Source: Craspedostauros australis (lineage: Eukaryota). Taken from it: a DNA stretch of 52,595 nt. Location: NCBI GenBank assembly GCA_030167865.1, contig JALAGF010003786.1, forward strand, positions 1-52,595. Reading direction: 5' to 3'. The position numbers were made by a program, and so were the translations under genes. The notes under the pieces were generated by a model. It had not been told where the DNA came from. It did no database searches and saw nothing but the letters and a program-made list of their open reading frames with translations. Numbering within the stretch: the first letter of the stretch is position 1; each line of letters begins with the position of its first letter. This document shows, piece by piece, positions 1 through 10,744 of this stretch.

Positions 1-347
1 TGACGATGAAATACGCCAATGCCAAGCTTCGTGTGAAGAGGGTGAAGGTTTGAGCATCCACTTTGGCAGTGGAAGTCTACATGCTGGGGCCTTCGATGTT
101 TGCGTCCGAGCAAAGCCAGAATTCCCAAACAGAGCGATTGGCAACATTGAGGATACGCCAACAGCGCCTCGGATTTAAATTGGAGGAAAGACCATGAATT
201 GGAGACGGTAAATGATATACTCTAACAATACCGATTATGCATCGTACATTCTCGAGAGCATTGTTCCTCTCTCTACAACGTAATCGGGGCGCCCCATCTG
301 TAAGCACGCAACAGAGCTGATGGCGACAACCCCTTTGCGCACACAAT

Positions 348-1478
348 TCATGGAAGCCAGCTGGATTCCTTGAGCTTCTGCGCAGCGTATGCCCCAACGA
401 TGTAGGCAGGTACCCAGAAATATGCCATCGACGTGTCTCCGGTCGCTGCAAGGAATAGCGCGGGTCCAGGACAGTACAGGCTGATGCCCCACCCCATTCC
501 GAACATCGCAGCGCCAGCGATGAGCTTGCCGTCGATGGTCTTGTTAGAGGGAACATTGAATTTCGCAGCGGGTGCATCTTTGGAAGCATCGGCGGCGTTC
601 GCCTTGGGTCGTGTTGGTGCAAGAGTGCCGCAGGGGCGCCCCTGCGCGACGCTCAGGTTGCACATCCCGTGCCCTTTCACGAATTCGTATGACACCGTGC
701 TCACGAGTAGCGCGCCGGTCAGGACAGTGGCAAGGGTGGGGTCCCAATCTCCCTTCTCGATCCCAACGACAACATCCAGGAATCCGTAGAGCTTGGTCTT
801 GAGCACCATCTGGCTGATGGCCAAACCGGCCGCGAACATGGATCCAGAAATGGCAGCAACGGAGTTTTTGCTTTGCTGTCCATCGCCAGCTGTGTCCTTG
901 CGCAATGCCAGCCTCGCCGATGCCAGCATCGTGGGCACGACGAACAGGGTTGTGAACACGAAGCCCACCGTCGGTTCCGAAGCATTCGCATTGTCCGACG
1001 AGGTCCGCAGCGGCTGCGTCATGGATGACCACGCAACCTCGGATGATGTGATGTACGTCGTGGCGATGGCCGACGCCATGAAGGTGAGGACGGCCGCCAA
1101 CGAGCGCGCACTGCGGCGTCCCAATCCGCAGACGCCGTGGCCCGATGTGCATCCGTTGGAGAGCTTCGTACCGAAACCGACAAGCAGCCCTCCCAGCGTG
1201 AACGCAAGGGTGGATGGGACTGGGACGCGCGCCTCCGGGGAGTTGATCGTGGCGGCGGTCCCGAACATCCAGGATGATGTCACGAGGAAGGATGAGATGA
1301 AGACCGGCTTCCATATCTGCGTCCCGTCGGTGAGCACCTTCTTGGGGTTGAGCGCTGTGGTGGAAAAGATTCCGGATGCTCCCATGATGTCGCCGTTGAA
1401 GAGGAGAAGGGTCGCGGCGGACAGCCCGATGATGGATCCGCCTCCGAATCCGGTGATGGGTGTGAAGCTGTCGAACAT
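348..1478 (-). CDS. YeeE/YedE family (thiosulfate/sulfur-compound transporter-like) membrane protein, two-module fused form
   Basis: Intronless 376-aa ORF with many hydrophobic helices and family motifs GGLLVGFGTKLSNGCTSGHGVCG, GLAISQM, WDPTL and FGMGWGISLYCPGP. Confidence 0.88.
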   Translation of the reverse strand: MFDSFTPITGFGGGSIIGLSAATLLLFNGDIMGASGIFSTTALNPKKVLTDGTQIWKPVFISSFLVTSSWMFGTAATINSPEARVPVPSTLAFTLGGLLVGFGTKLSNGCTSGHGVCGLGRRSARSLAAVLTFMASAIATTYITSSEVAWSSMTQPLRTSSDNANASEPTVGFVFTTLFVVPTMLASARLALRKDTAGDGQQSKNSVAAISGSMFAAGLAISQMVLKTKLYGFLDVVVGIEKGDWDPTLATVLTGALLVSTVSYEFVKGHGMCNLSVAQGRPCGTLAPTRPKANAADASKDAPAAKFNVPSNKTIDGKLIAGAAMFGMGWGISLYCPGPALFLAATGDTSMAYFWVPAYIVGAYAAQKLKESSWLP

Positions 1479-2438
1479 CTTGAAGTGTATTATATTGTTA
1501 CTATTTGTGCGAGTATGTATGGTCTCGTGGAATAGTTGTGGAGGAGGGTGATGCTGTGTTGGCTTGTTGGTTTGTTGGTTTGATTGATTTGATTTTTGTG
1601 GGAATGAATGTGTTGGTCGAGAGATGATGCCGGAGTGAGTTATTCCGATGGCAGTTGCGGCTGTGGTTGTGGTAAGAGCCGTGTCTCAGATTTGGTGGTG
1701 TTGTTGGCGTGATCTGGTTGGATTCGGTCTGATCTGATTTGATTTGATTTGATCGCCCGCATTCGCTTTCGCCGCAGTTTGTTGTGTTGCGGACATTTTG
1801 TGAGCAAAAGGAGCACAGAAAGGCCATTCCGCTGACGCAATCCATTCTTCCTTTGTGTTCTTTTTTGGTGCGAAAAGCCTGTCGCATTAAACCGAAGCCG
1901 AACGTTTCGGCTGTTCGGATTATTATTTACTCCAGCGAGTCGATCGGTCGGAAGTCGACGTGGCACGAGTCGTGGTGCAACATCATCTCGTGACTGGAAG
2001 ACGATCATTTTTTGCCGACAGTTCACGTGTGCGGATTCACGTGGCGCGCGATTCCGTGTTTGTCCACGCACACACAGTTCAACGAAGAGACAGAAAGACA
2101 CGCAAAAACACGCTCACGTTGCACGGAACGCACATGCGCCACATCAACAACAAACATCGCTCAAATCACATCACCGATCATGAGGGATGATGGAGCAACA
2201 GAGCGCCGATTCCGTCGAATCTCGCCTGCATCGTTCGATTGGAAAGCAACTCACACCCTCGTTTTCACAAACCAGCAACAGCAGCAACAACAGCAACAAC
2301 AACCACATCCTCACCAAGTCTCGTTTCGACACTGACATAAAAGTAAAGTTCTGTGCTCCGCTCAAGTCGCAGCCACAGAGTCATCCATCACATCGCACAC
2401 AACACACACATACAACATACACAACATACACAGCCAAG

Positions 2439-3719
2439 ATGAATAGACTCGCAGTTCTGTTTTTGGTGGCCGCCTCCTCCAGCGCCTCGGCATTTGTGCC
2501 AAACCAGGCACGAAGATTCGCAGCATTGCCAGCAGCCGTGTCATCGACCTTCGCGCAGATCCAGAGCCATGCCATCAGCACTAGCAGCAGTCAGCTGTTC
2601 TCGTCCAAGGCATCGGAATCCGTGCAATCCGGCACGGATCAAGCCGAGGAGGGACTGCTTCCAGAGTACGCGGCAGCTCTGGCAAAGGCAACCGCCATCA
2701 TCCAGGGCACGCTGGAGGACAAGCCGCAGCTGATCCCAGCCCTTGAACATTTCTGCAAGGAGTACCTGACCGCCAACCAGAAATCATTCGCAAAGACCGG
2801 ATCGGAAGTCGCCAAGGCCGAGCCATCGTTGAAGCGCATTCTGGAGGGCCTCCAATTCGGCTTCAAGTTCGGCATGGGGCCAGACAAGTACGTCTTCGAT
2901 GTCACGCATGACGCTCTGCGCGGCGATCCGGAGACCGAGGACGGCAACACCATTGATTTCTACGAATGGGGCAACGCGTTCTTCCGCTCCATGATCGACT
3001 CTGAGGATTCGATCGTTGGTGGCGTGGACAACCTGCAGAAGGCCATGGAGCAAGCCGCCAACGGTGACAACATCGTCTTCCTCGCCAACCATCAGTCCGA
3101 GGCCGACCCCCAGGTGGTCTCCACCATGCTGGAGAAGGCCGGATTCCCAGAGCAAGCCGATCAGGTCATCTTCGTCGCCGGCCACAAGGTCACCACGGAC
3201 GCCCTCGCCATCCCATTCTCCATGGGCCGCAACCTCATCTGCATCCACTCCAAGAAGCACATCGACGCCGATCCGGAAAAGAAGCCCATCAAGAGCCGCC
3301 AGAACCTGGCCGCCATGAGCGGCATGCTCAACAAGCTGAAGGAGGGCGGCCGTCTGCTGTGGGTGGCACCCTCCGGCGGCCGCGATCGCAGGGACGTCGA
3401 GACCGGCAAGACCCCCATCGCGCCCTTCGACAGCAAGACGGTCGACATGTTCCGTCTCATGGGCAAGAAGAGCAAGAAGACCACGCATTACTACCCCATG
3501 GCCACCGTCTCGTACGAGATGTGCCCGCCACCGGACTTCATCGAGGCCGGCGTCGGCGAGAAGAGGAATTTCCGGTTCGTGCCGGTCGGACTCACCGTCG
3601 GGGAGGAGATCACGGAGACCGACAAGGCCAAGTTCAACGAGGCCGCCTACCAGCGAACCCTCGACTCCTACGCCGAGCTGCGGGAACAGATATTCCCAGG
3701 AACCGCCCCGGAGTCATAA
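2439..3719 (+). CDS. ATS1: Plastid glycerol-3-phosphate O-acyltransferase (soluble plastidial GPAT) with bipartite targeting presequence
   Basis: ATG at 2439 begins a signal peptide MNRLAVLFLVAASSSASA|FVP (ASAFAP-type). Catalytic NHQSEAD (HX4D), plus PFSMGRNLICIHSKKH and WVAPSGGRDR motifs typical of plant/algal plastid GPAT. The ORF-track extension from 2187 is ACA-rich leader. Confidence 0.95.
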   Translation: MNRLAVLFLVAASSSASAFVPNQARRFAALPAAVSSTFAQIQSHAISTSSSQLFSSKASESVQSGTDQAEEGLLPEYAAALAKATAIIQGTLEDKPQLIPALEHFCKEYLTANQKSFAKTGSEVAKAEPSLKRILEGLQFGFKFGMGPDKYVFDVTHDALRGDPETEDGNTIDFYEWGNAFFRSMIDSEDSIVGGVDNLQKAMEQAANGDNIVFLANHQSEADPQVVSTMLEKAGFPEQADQVIFVAGHKVTTDALAIPFSMGRNLICIHSKKHIDADPEKKPIKSRQNLAAMSGMLNKLKEGGRLLWVAPSGGRDRRDVETGKTPIAPFDSKTVDMFRLMGKKSKKTTHYYPMATVSYEMCPPPDFIEAGVGEKRNFRFVPVGLTVGEEITETDKAKFNEAAYQRTLDSYAELREQIFPGTAPES

Positions 3720-4243
3720 GATATCCAGCAATACTTGCAGTTCTACTCGTAACAGTACAAATAGAAACAGTCCCACCCATGAGTAGTGGCAGCTCGCTTG
3801 ACACTTGCTGATTATCGAATAATACTCTTCTATTCTAATATCTGCCTTTGAACACAACCGACTTTCCTTCTCAATTGTTCTTTCTCCTTTCATGGTGGCT
3901 GCTCCATCCGCATCCCACGATGCATTGCGGATCCGCCTGCTCTGCCAAAACACGCACTCGCGCGCGAAGAACAAGATTGTTCCAATTCCGACCTTGTCGG
4001 TCTTGCGTTCGGTTTGAGTCACGAATTTAGTTAAATCACGGGTATGATGATTGCGTTCGTTTCCTCCAAAAACGTCACACCAACAAGTGCAACAACCACA
4101 TCGCGATGCGGAGTTGGTGGTTGGAATCCAAACTGCAACCTCGTCATCGCCAACGCCACCACCATCAGCACCACCAGATCCATAAAACCAGACATCGCAA
4201 CAAGCGCAACAACAGAATACCCCCACTCTCCAATTCCGCAACA

Positions 4244-5446
4244 ATGACCGACGATATGATGATGATCGCAGGAGCCGTCCTGGCCGTGGTGGTGCTCGCC
4301 GCAGTGTTCCTGGTGCTGCAGAAGCGCGGACCACCCACCGTGTTCCCGCACGCGGAGTTCCGCAAGTACGCCCTCATCGACAAGAAGTCGCTGTCGCACG
4401 ACACCCTCAAGTTCACCCTGGCCCTGCCCGACGGCCACGTGCTGGGCCTGCCCACCGGCCAGCATCTGACCCTGCGCTTCAAGGATGCCGACGGCAAGAC
4501 GCATCAGCGCTCCTACACGCCCGTCACCGACAACTCCTCCATCGGCAAGGTCGAGCTCGTCATCAAGGTCTACCGCGCCAACGTGCATCCCAAATTCCCC
4601 GACGGCGGAAAGATGAGTCAGCACATCGACTCCCTCAAGATCGGGGACACCATCGACATGAAGGGGCCCAAGGGACACATGGAGTACAAGAGCGGCGGTC
4701 AGCTCTCCGTCAAGCCGTTGGGCAAGCCGCGTCAGGAACGACAGACCAAGCAGATCATCATGATCGCCGGTGGAACGGGCATCACGCCCATGCTGCAGGT
4801 GCTCAACTTCATCTTCCGCAATCCGGGAGATGCCAGCATCAAGGTCAATCTCCTGTATGCCAACCAGAGTACGTCGCATTTGGGTGCATTTCCAGTGGCA
4901 CATTTGGGGGAAGAGCATGGCGTGAACTTGATATTGTCTGTTGGTCGCATCTGCGCCGTCATCACAGTCGCATTTGCTCTGCCACATTTTGCCATGCAGC
5001 TGAATACATGAATGAGTGAATGCGTGCGTGAATGAATGGTCGGTTCAACTTGATGTTCGTTTCCAATTTGGTGTTGCTGCTCTCGCTCGCTTACCCAATT
5101 CATCATTCACCCCACGCTCTTCACACGTTTCTATTTTCATTCAAACAACGTTCATATTGCAACAACAGCCGAAGACGGCATTCTCGTGCGACAAGAATTG
5201 GAGGCCATCGCAAAGGAATTCCCTGACCGATTCAGCCTCAACTATACTCTGGATCGCCCACCGTCGGGCTGGAATTTCTTCACAGGTTTCATCACGAAGG
5301 AGATGATCGAAAAGTCATGCCTCTTCAATGGATCTGTCAAGGACACGCAAGTCCTCATGTGCGGGCCACCACCCATGATCAAATTTGCTTGCACGCCCAA
5401 CCTCGTGGAATTGGGTTTCAAGGATGATCAGTTTGTAGTGTTTTAA
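4244..5446 (+). CDS. CYB5R: NADH-cytochrome b5 reductase, N-terminally membrane anchored; 2 exons (4244-4868, 5169-5446)
   Basis: N-terminal TM segment; LGLPTGQH, RSYTP (FAD binding), GGKMS, MIAGGTGITPM and CGPPPM motifs. A 300-nt GT..AG intron at 4869-5168 restores LLYANQTEDGILVRQEL. Confidence 0.95.
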
Positions 5447-5977
5447 AGTGAGTGTCGGACAACTGCGTACGAAAGTACGGACGGCATGCGAATCAATGCT
5501 GGAGCTCGCACAACGTGGTGGAACGTGGCTCCATTCCGCAGTGCTGCTACATGGCATGACAAAACCTGCGCCATGCTCTGCGAGCTGCCACCTGTCGCCA
5601 CTTGCTACTCGTATACTATTATAGTATACATTGAAACACACAATAGAATGAGGAACGGTAGAAATTATTAGAATCTCGTCCACTGCTCCGCAAGCTCACT
5701 TGAGGCATATGAACTTCTGCATTATGTAGACCAGTTGCATCACACACTAGGCACCAATACACCGATACGTACAAACCCCATGTGTTATGTCGGCATCGCC
5801 GCTGTGGTTTGCTGGGATCTCTCCGATGCACACCTGAGTCAATTGCATTTGAGAATCGAAGGTGATTCTAGTTTTAAATAGTTGAAAAGTGTCAAAGTGT
5901 ATGTACGTATAATAGCATTATACGAGCTATGGTACAAATGGTATCGCGAGTGTTTCGGAGTTGCAGAGCCTTACGAC

Positions 5978-8900
5978 CTACTTATTCACACACGACGCGG
6001 GGTTCTCCACGGGACAATCCGCAGATGCCGATGAGATCACGTAGACCTGTTGGCGTGGAATGCAGACCCGCCTCTGCACACACTCTGTGCATTGGTTGGC
6101 CCTGCAAGTGTCTCGCATCACGATCACGTCCGTGGTGGCGGCATCGGTGTTGGCCATGTCGCGACACGCGTTGGCGCCATCGCAGGCATCTTCCTGGATC
6201 TCCAAGCCGCCGCGAATTCTGCCAGTTGCGGAATGGGTGCCGGTGCAGGCGCGGCTTCCCTTGCAGGCATTGGGACCGATCTGGATGTGGCTTGTGATGG
6301 GGTTCAAGGCGAATCTGCCTTGCGTGGCACGCTTGCCGGTGCCTTGGCAGGCGCTGCGGCCGACGCAGGAGAATTCCCGGATGTGGAGCTTGCCGTAGAC
6401 GTTCACGCCGAGATCGGCGCAGCTATCGACGCTGGTGCAGGAACTTGGTCCGATGAGAATGGGGCCGGTGATGGCGTCCACGTGGGCTGCGGTGGTGGGC
6501 GTTCCCAGATTCTGGCAGGCATTTGGGCCCATACAGCTGGCGATGATGATGGCGTTCGATGCGATGTTGTCGCATGAGTTGGATCCGATGCAAGAGTTGC
6601 CGGACATGGTGGCGATGCGGTCAGGAAAGGAGCAGGCGCCGGAAGGGCAACACGTGGCGGCGCTGTTCGACGCGCAGGCGGATTCTACGAGCGGACCTGT
6701 GCCAGTGAAGAGCTCTTCGCCGGAGGTTGCTGCTGCGATCAACGAGGCGACTGCGGCGCTATCGTTCTTGACGAGATTGAATCGGGTTTGGGCATCTGCC
6801 TTCGACGCGAAGCCGAGTGCGACGCCGGTTCCCACGGCACATCCGAAGATGTTTCTGATCTTGTTGGCGTCATTGATGTCCATCGCTTCGATGGTCTCGA
6901 TGAAGCTGTTGCATGGATCCTCGGTCAAGTCACAGTACACGGTTGCTGGGATTGCTGCGGTGGCATACGTGGAGGGGTCGCCAGCTGTGGTCATGCATCC
7001 AACTTCCAGGTTCTTTCGGAAACGGGTTGGCGACAACGTAGGCGATGACGATGGGTATTCGGTCGGCGTCTCGGATGGCGCTGCGGAGTGCTTGAGGGTC
7101 GGTGCGCTCGTTGGGGCAGAAGTTGGCGCGGATGTTGGATTGAATGTCGGGTTGGCGGACGGCAGATTGGTCGGATTGTCGGTCGGCGATGACGAAGGCC
7201 TGTCCGTTGGAGCGAATGTCGGACTTTCGGTTGGCTGGTCGATCTTCTCCTCGCAGAAGGTGCCGATGCCGTACATGGCCGAAAGGCCTGCCATAGTCTT
7301 GGGACATGCTGACGCGGACGTGATCTTGTAAATCTGGGTGAACGGGTTGCAGATGGAGTTCTTCACGCACTCTGCGCATTCATACGCACCGCAAGTGTCT
7401 GCAGCAACGATGATGTCCGTGCGCATGACGTCGCTGGATCCCATCTCCTTGCATGCATTGTTGCCGTTGCAAGCACTGTGCTCGACGATGAAGCTTCCGC
7501 GGATCTTGACCGAGGACTGCGTGTGAGCGTGCTTGCAAGCATCCGTGCCTTTGCAGGCGTTCGGGCCGATCATGACATCAGAAGGGTCCTTGACGCTCCC
7601 GACCTGCGAACTGTGCGCGGCAACGTGCTTGCAGGCGTGTCTGCCCATGCAGGAACTGTCCTTGATGATAACGTCACCGTAAGAATATGCACCGACCCTT
7701 TGGCAGGCCTCGTCGGTAATGCACGCCGTGTGACCAACGAAGGTGATTCCTTTCATCTTGGGTGTCGCCGTGTCATCGTTGACGTTGATTGAAGAACAAG
7801 AACGAGTTCCGATGCAGCTGGAGTCGAGGACAAGGGGGCTATCACCCATGCTGGTGCAGGATTCTGTTCCCGTGCAGGCAAACGAAGCGATGGTCATGTA
7901 GCCATTTCCAGATGCCGTGGTGCAGGCACCCGCCGGGCAACAGTTCGATCCGCATGCCGACTCAATGCCGGCTCCAGAAAGTCCGGTGTACAACCGGATA
8001 CCACCTTCGTGCAGCTCCTTCAGATGGTCTGTGAGCACCTGGCTCGTCGCGAACTTGTTGAAGAGGGCGTTGGTGCCGTATCCGTTGCCGGAGTTAGCGC
8101 AAGCGAAGAACACCCGAAGGTCTTCATTCACCCGAAGCAACTCGAGCAATTCGACGCAGGAGTTCATGTTGATGTTGCAGTTGACGAGCATGGGCGCTGC
8201 ATTCGGCTCCGGAGTGCACCTCACTTGGACTGTCGATTCAATGTCGACTGGGGCCCTGGTTGGGGCGGATGTTGGATGGGCCGTTGGCCGAGATGTGGGC
8301 GTAGTCGTTGGGATGCTAGTTGGCGACGAGGTTGGACGAGAGGTCGGCGACGAAGTTGGAGTAGTCGTAGGCGCTCCGGTCGGTGTGCTTGTTGGCAGAT
8401 GCGTGGGTGCCGAGGTCGGGCTGCGCGTCGGTGACCTGGTTGGCGAACGAGTTGGAGTGCCTGTGGGAGCGCTCGTCGGTACGCTGGTTGGGAGGTGAGT
8501 TGGCCCGCTGGTGGGGGAAGCGGTTGGCGAATGCACCGGTGCACTCGTTGGAGCGCTGGTCGGTGCGCTGGTCGGGGTGCTGGTCGGGGTGCTGGTTGGA
8601 AAGCTGATGGGCGAACTCGACGGAGAGCGCGTTGGGGTGCTGGTCGGTGACGACGTCGGGGGTTTAGTCGGCGAGCGGGTCGGTTCGCTTGTGGCCGCAG
8701 CCTCATCGGGGTCTGTCAAGTCAAAGTCTTCGGTGTTGGATACTCCCGATATCGGATTGACCACCACGGTTGTTTGCGGGCCCGGGGTCGGGGCGCTGGT
8801 CGGGGCACTCGTGGGGGCACTCGTCGGAGATTTGGTTGGGAAGCTGGTTGGATTGCTTATCGGCGAGCTGGTGGGTGCGCTGGTTGGAAAGCTCGTTGGA

Positions 8901-9298
8901 TTGCTTATCGGCGAGCTGGTGGGTGCGCTGGTTGGAAAGCTCGTAGGGCTTTTCGTTGGCGTGTTTCGTGTCGCAGGCTGGAGGATGATTAGCTCTGGGC
9001 TGGTCCCTTGAGGCACTGGGTTTACCGTCGGGGCCGACGTGGGTGGCGAAGTTGCGTCGCTTTCTGGGCTGGCGGCGTCGTCCTTGACCTTCTTAGATCT
9101 TCCTTCCTTGCTCATCTTGGTTTCTGCCGAGCTCACGCCCTCGCCGCCCTCTCCCTTCAGCGTCCGGCTGTACTGAACCTGCACTTTGATTTCGTCGGTC
9201 CCCTGCTTTGCAGTCGCCTGAGTTTGAATGGTCGCACTGACGACTGCCATGTTGGCAATCAGGAAGGTGGCGAAAATTGCAGAGCGGAGTCTGAGCAT
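5978..9298 (-). CDS. Secreted mucin-like protein (1106 aa): signal peptide, RXL, two PTS-rich blocks alternating with two duplicated Cys-rich repeat domains
   Basis: Signal peptide MLRLRSAIFATFLIANMAVVSA; YSRTLK then K-rich stretch. PT[S/R]xPT tetrapeptide arrays at ~8250-9045 and ~7025-7245. Two homologous ~330-aa domains built of I-x-x-x-[AS]C-x-G-x-x-[AS]C repeats. Confidence 0.85.
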   Translation of the reverse strand: MLRLRSAIFATFLIANMAVVSATIQTQATAKQGTDEIKVQVQYSRTLKGEGGEGVSSAETKMSKEGRSKKVKDDAASPESDATSPPTSAPTVNPVPQGTSPELIILQPATRNTPTKSPTSFPTSAPTSSPISNPTSFPTSAPTSSPISNPTSFPTKSPTSAPTSAPTSAPTPGPQTTVVVNPISGVSNTEDFDLTDPDEAAATSEPTRSPTKPPTSSPTSTPTRSPSSSPISFPTSTPTSTPTSAPTSAPTSAPVHSPTASPTSGPTHLPTSVPTSAPTGTPTRSPTRSPTRSPTSAPTHLPTSTPTGAPTTTPTSSPTSRPTSSPTSIPTTTPTSRPTAHPTSAPTRAPVDIESTVQVRCTPEPNAAPMLVNCNINMNSCVELLELLRVNEDLRVFFACANSGNGYGTNALFNKFATSQVLTDHLKELHEGGIRLYTGLSGAGIESACGSNCCPAGACTTASGNGYMTIASFACTGTESCTSMGDSPLVLDSSCIGTRSCSSINVNDDTATPKMKGITFVGHTACITDEACQRVGAYSYGDVIIKDSSCMGRHACKHVAAHSSQVGSVKDPSDVMIGPNACKGTDACKHAHTQSSVKIRGSFIVEHSACNGNNACKEMGSSDVMRTDIIVAADTCGAYECAECVKNSICNPFTQIYKITSASACPKTMAGLSAMYGIGTFCEEKIDQPTESPTFAPTDRPSSSPTDNPTNLPSANPTFNPTSAPTSAPTSAPTLKHSAAPSETPTEYPSSSPTLSPTRFRKNLEVGCMTTAGDPSTYATAAIPATVYCDLTEDPCNSFIETIEAMDINDANKIRNIFGCAVGTGVALGFASKADAQTRFNLVKNDSAAVASLIAAATSGEELFTGTGPLVESACASNSAATCCPSGACSFPDRIATMSGNSCIGSNSCDNIASNAIIIASCMGPNACQNLGTPTTAAHVDAITGPILIGPSSCTSVDSCADLGVNVYGKLHIREFSCVGRSACQGTGKRATQGRFALNPITSHIQIGPNACKGSRACTGTHSATGRIRGGLEIQEDACDGANACRDMANTDAATTDVIVMRDTCRANQCTECVQRRVCIPRQQVYVISSASADCPVENPASCVNK
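8250..9045 (-). repeat. Coding 12-bp-period tandem repeat (PTS[A/S]-type mucin repeats)
   Basis: Long run of PTSAPTSSPTRSP-type units; also keeps antisense frames open (VGALVG ORFs). Confidence 0.85.
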
Positions 9299-10744
9299 GA
9301 TGATTCGTGAACTGTTTAGCTTGGTTGCTTGGTTGGATTTGGAGACACACTGATTTGGTTGGTGTGCGTGCCTATTCGAATGTGATACCCGTCGATTGTT
9401 CGATGTTGTATGTTCTTCGTCTTGATGGCGTTGAAGGCTGCGGTTGTCGAGCGATGGCGATTGGAATGAATAGTTCGATTGAGTATATTATCGTTGCTGT
9501 TGTTAGGAATTGTTGTGAGACGACATGAGATAAAGAAGTGTGAGAGATGCGCCTTGGGAGACACAGTGAGCATTGTACCAACTCGAATCATCTGCGGCAC
9601 GAAGAGGATGAAAGTAGACCCCGCGATGCGAGCAGGGATGACGATGGCGATGAACTTACCGGAGTTTGATGTTTATGCTCCTTGCTGTTGCTTTTGCGTT
9701 TGGGATGATGTTCGATCTTGTGAGGAGATGGAGGATCCATGCCAACCTGAGTGAACCTGGCCAAGTCGTCGCCTGATGGCCTTCCACAAGACTCCATGAG
9801 GTTGCTCACACAATCTTGTGCGCGGGGTCTTGTTGGCGTCTCGATTGCTCGCCATGTTGGATTCGTGTTGTGAACTCGGCGAATGATCGAGACGTGACTG
9901 ACGACACGATTTTGTCGAATGTTCGCCAATTCGATGCAGGAAACCTTAATTGATGACGTCTCATGGACAATAATGTTGTACTCTTCAGTGTCAAACAAGA
10001 ACGCAAACCAAACCTCGTGTTTGCGAGTGGATTGGATAGGACCGTGACGTCAGGCATTTCTCAGCGCTTGATAAATGCCATGTAAGTACGTTCTCTATTT
10101 TATGCTTCAGTTTACACGTTGTCTTTGAGACAGATATCGTTTTGTGGTACTCTTTATCAGATGGTACCATTGGTATCTGCGAAAGTGCGTACCAACAGTC
10201 ATGACGTGGAAAAACACGATCAAAACAACAACACTCTCCGCCAACCAAAACGGGAGAAATAGATTCCTCTTCGTTGCAGCCTTTCCCCAGTCGGCTCCAC
10301 GCTTTTTTCGCGCAAAGGGACGCAACCAGAAATGCGAATCGAAGATCATTGGCGCACACATCGGCACACATCACACACCAAGAATGAGAACAACCACCAG
10401 CCAATCCTCTCCAGCAAGCGTTCCGATGACGCTTGCGCTCGTCACAGCCAACCACCCAACCGAATCGAATTGAATCTGGGCAACTCTCCGCTCACTTTTC
10501 GTGCTTTCGTCTCTTTCGCTGGCCACGAAATAGTGTTCTGCGACATTTCGCTGCGTTACGATCAAGTTCCATCACAATCTGTTGCAAGTGGAGGACTCTG
10601 CTCTACCATGCGCATAGAGTAATCCACCGCAGTCCATCCGACACAACAACAGTAGCGATACAGACAGAGCAGAACACTCTTCTGTATGCACATATATCAT
10701 ACGTAGACACCGTTCATTAATCACGACGACACACAAGCCTCAGC

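Noticed and set aside
1-178. Possible 3' end of a gene entering from the left edge
   Set aside because: Two short open frames (ending at 53 and 178) are possible, but neither has an identifiable motif.
2187-2438. N-terminal extension of the GPAT ORF (similar extensions at 4106, 14736, 20152, 24144, 31329, 39971, 46659)
   Set aside because: ACA-rich, stop-poor 5' leaders, several opened by non-ATG starts. The downstream ATGs give proper signal peptides or family N-termini.
7917-9011. VGALVG-repeat plus-strand ORFs
   Set aside because: Antisense of the PTSAPT mucin repeats.
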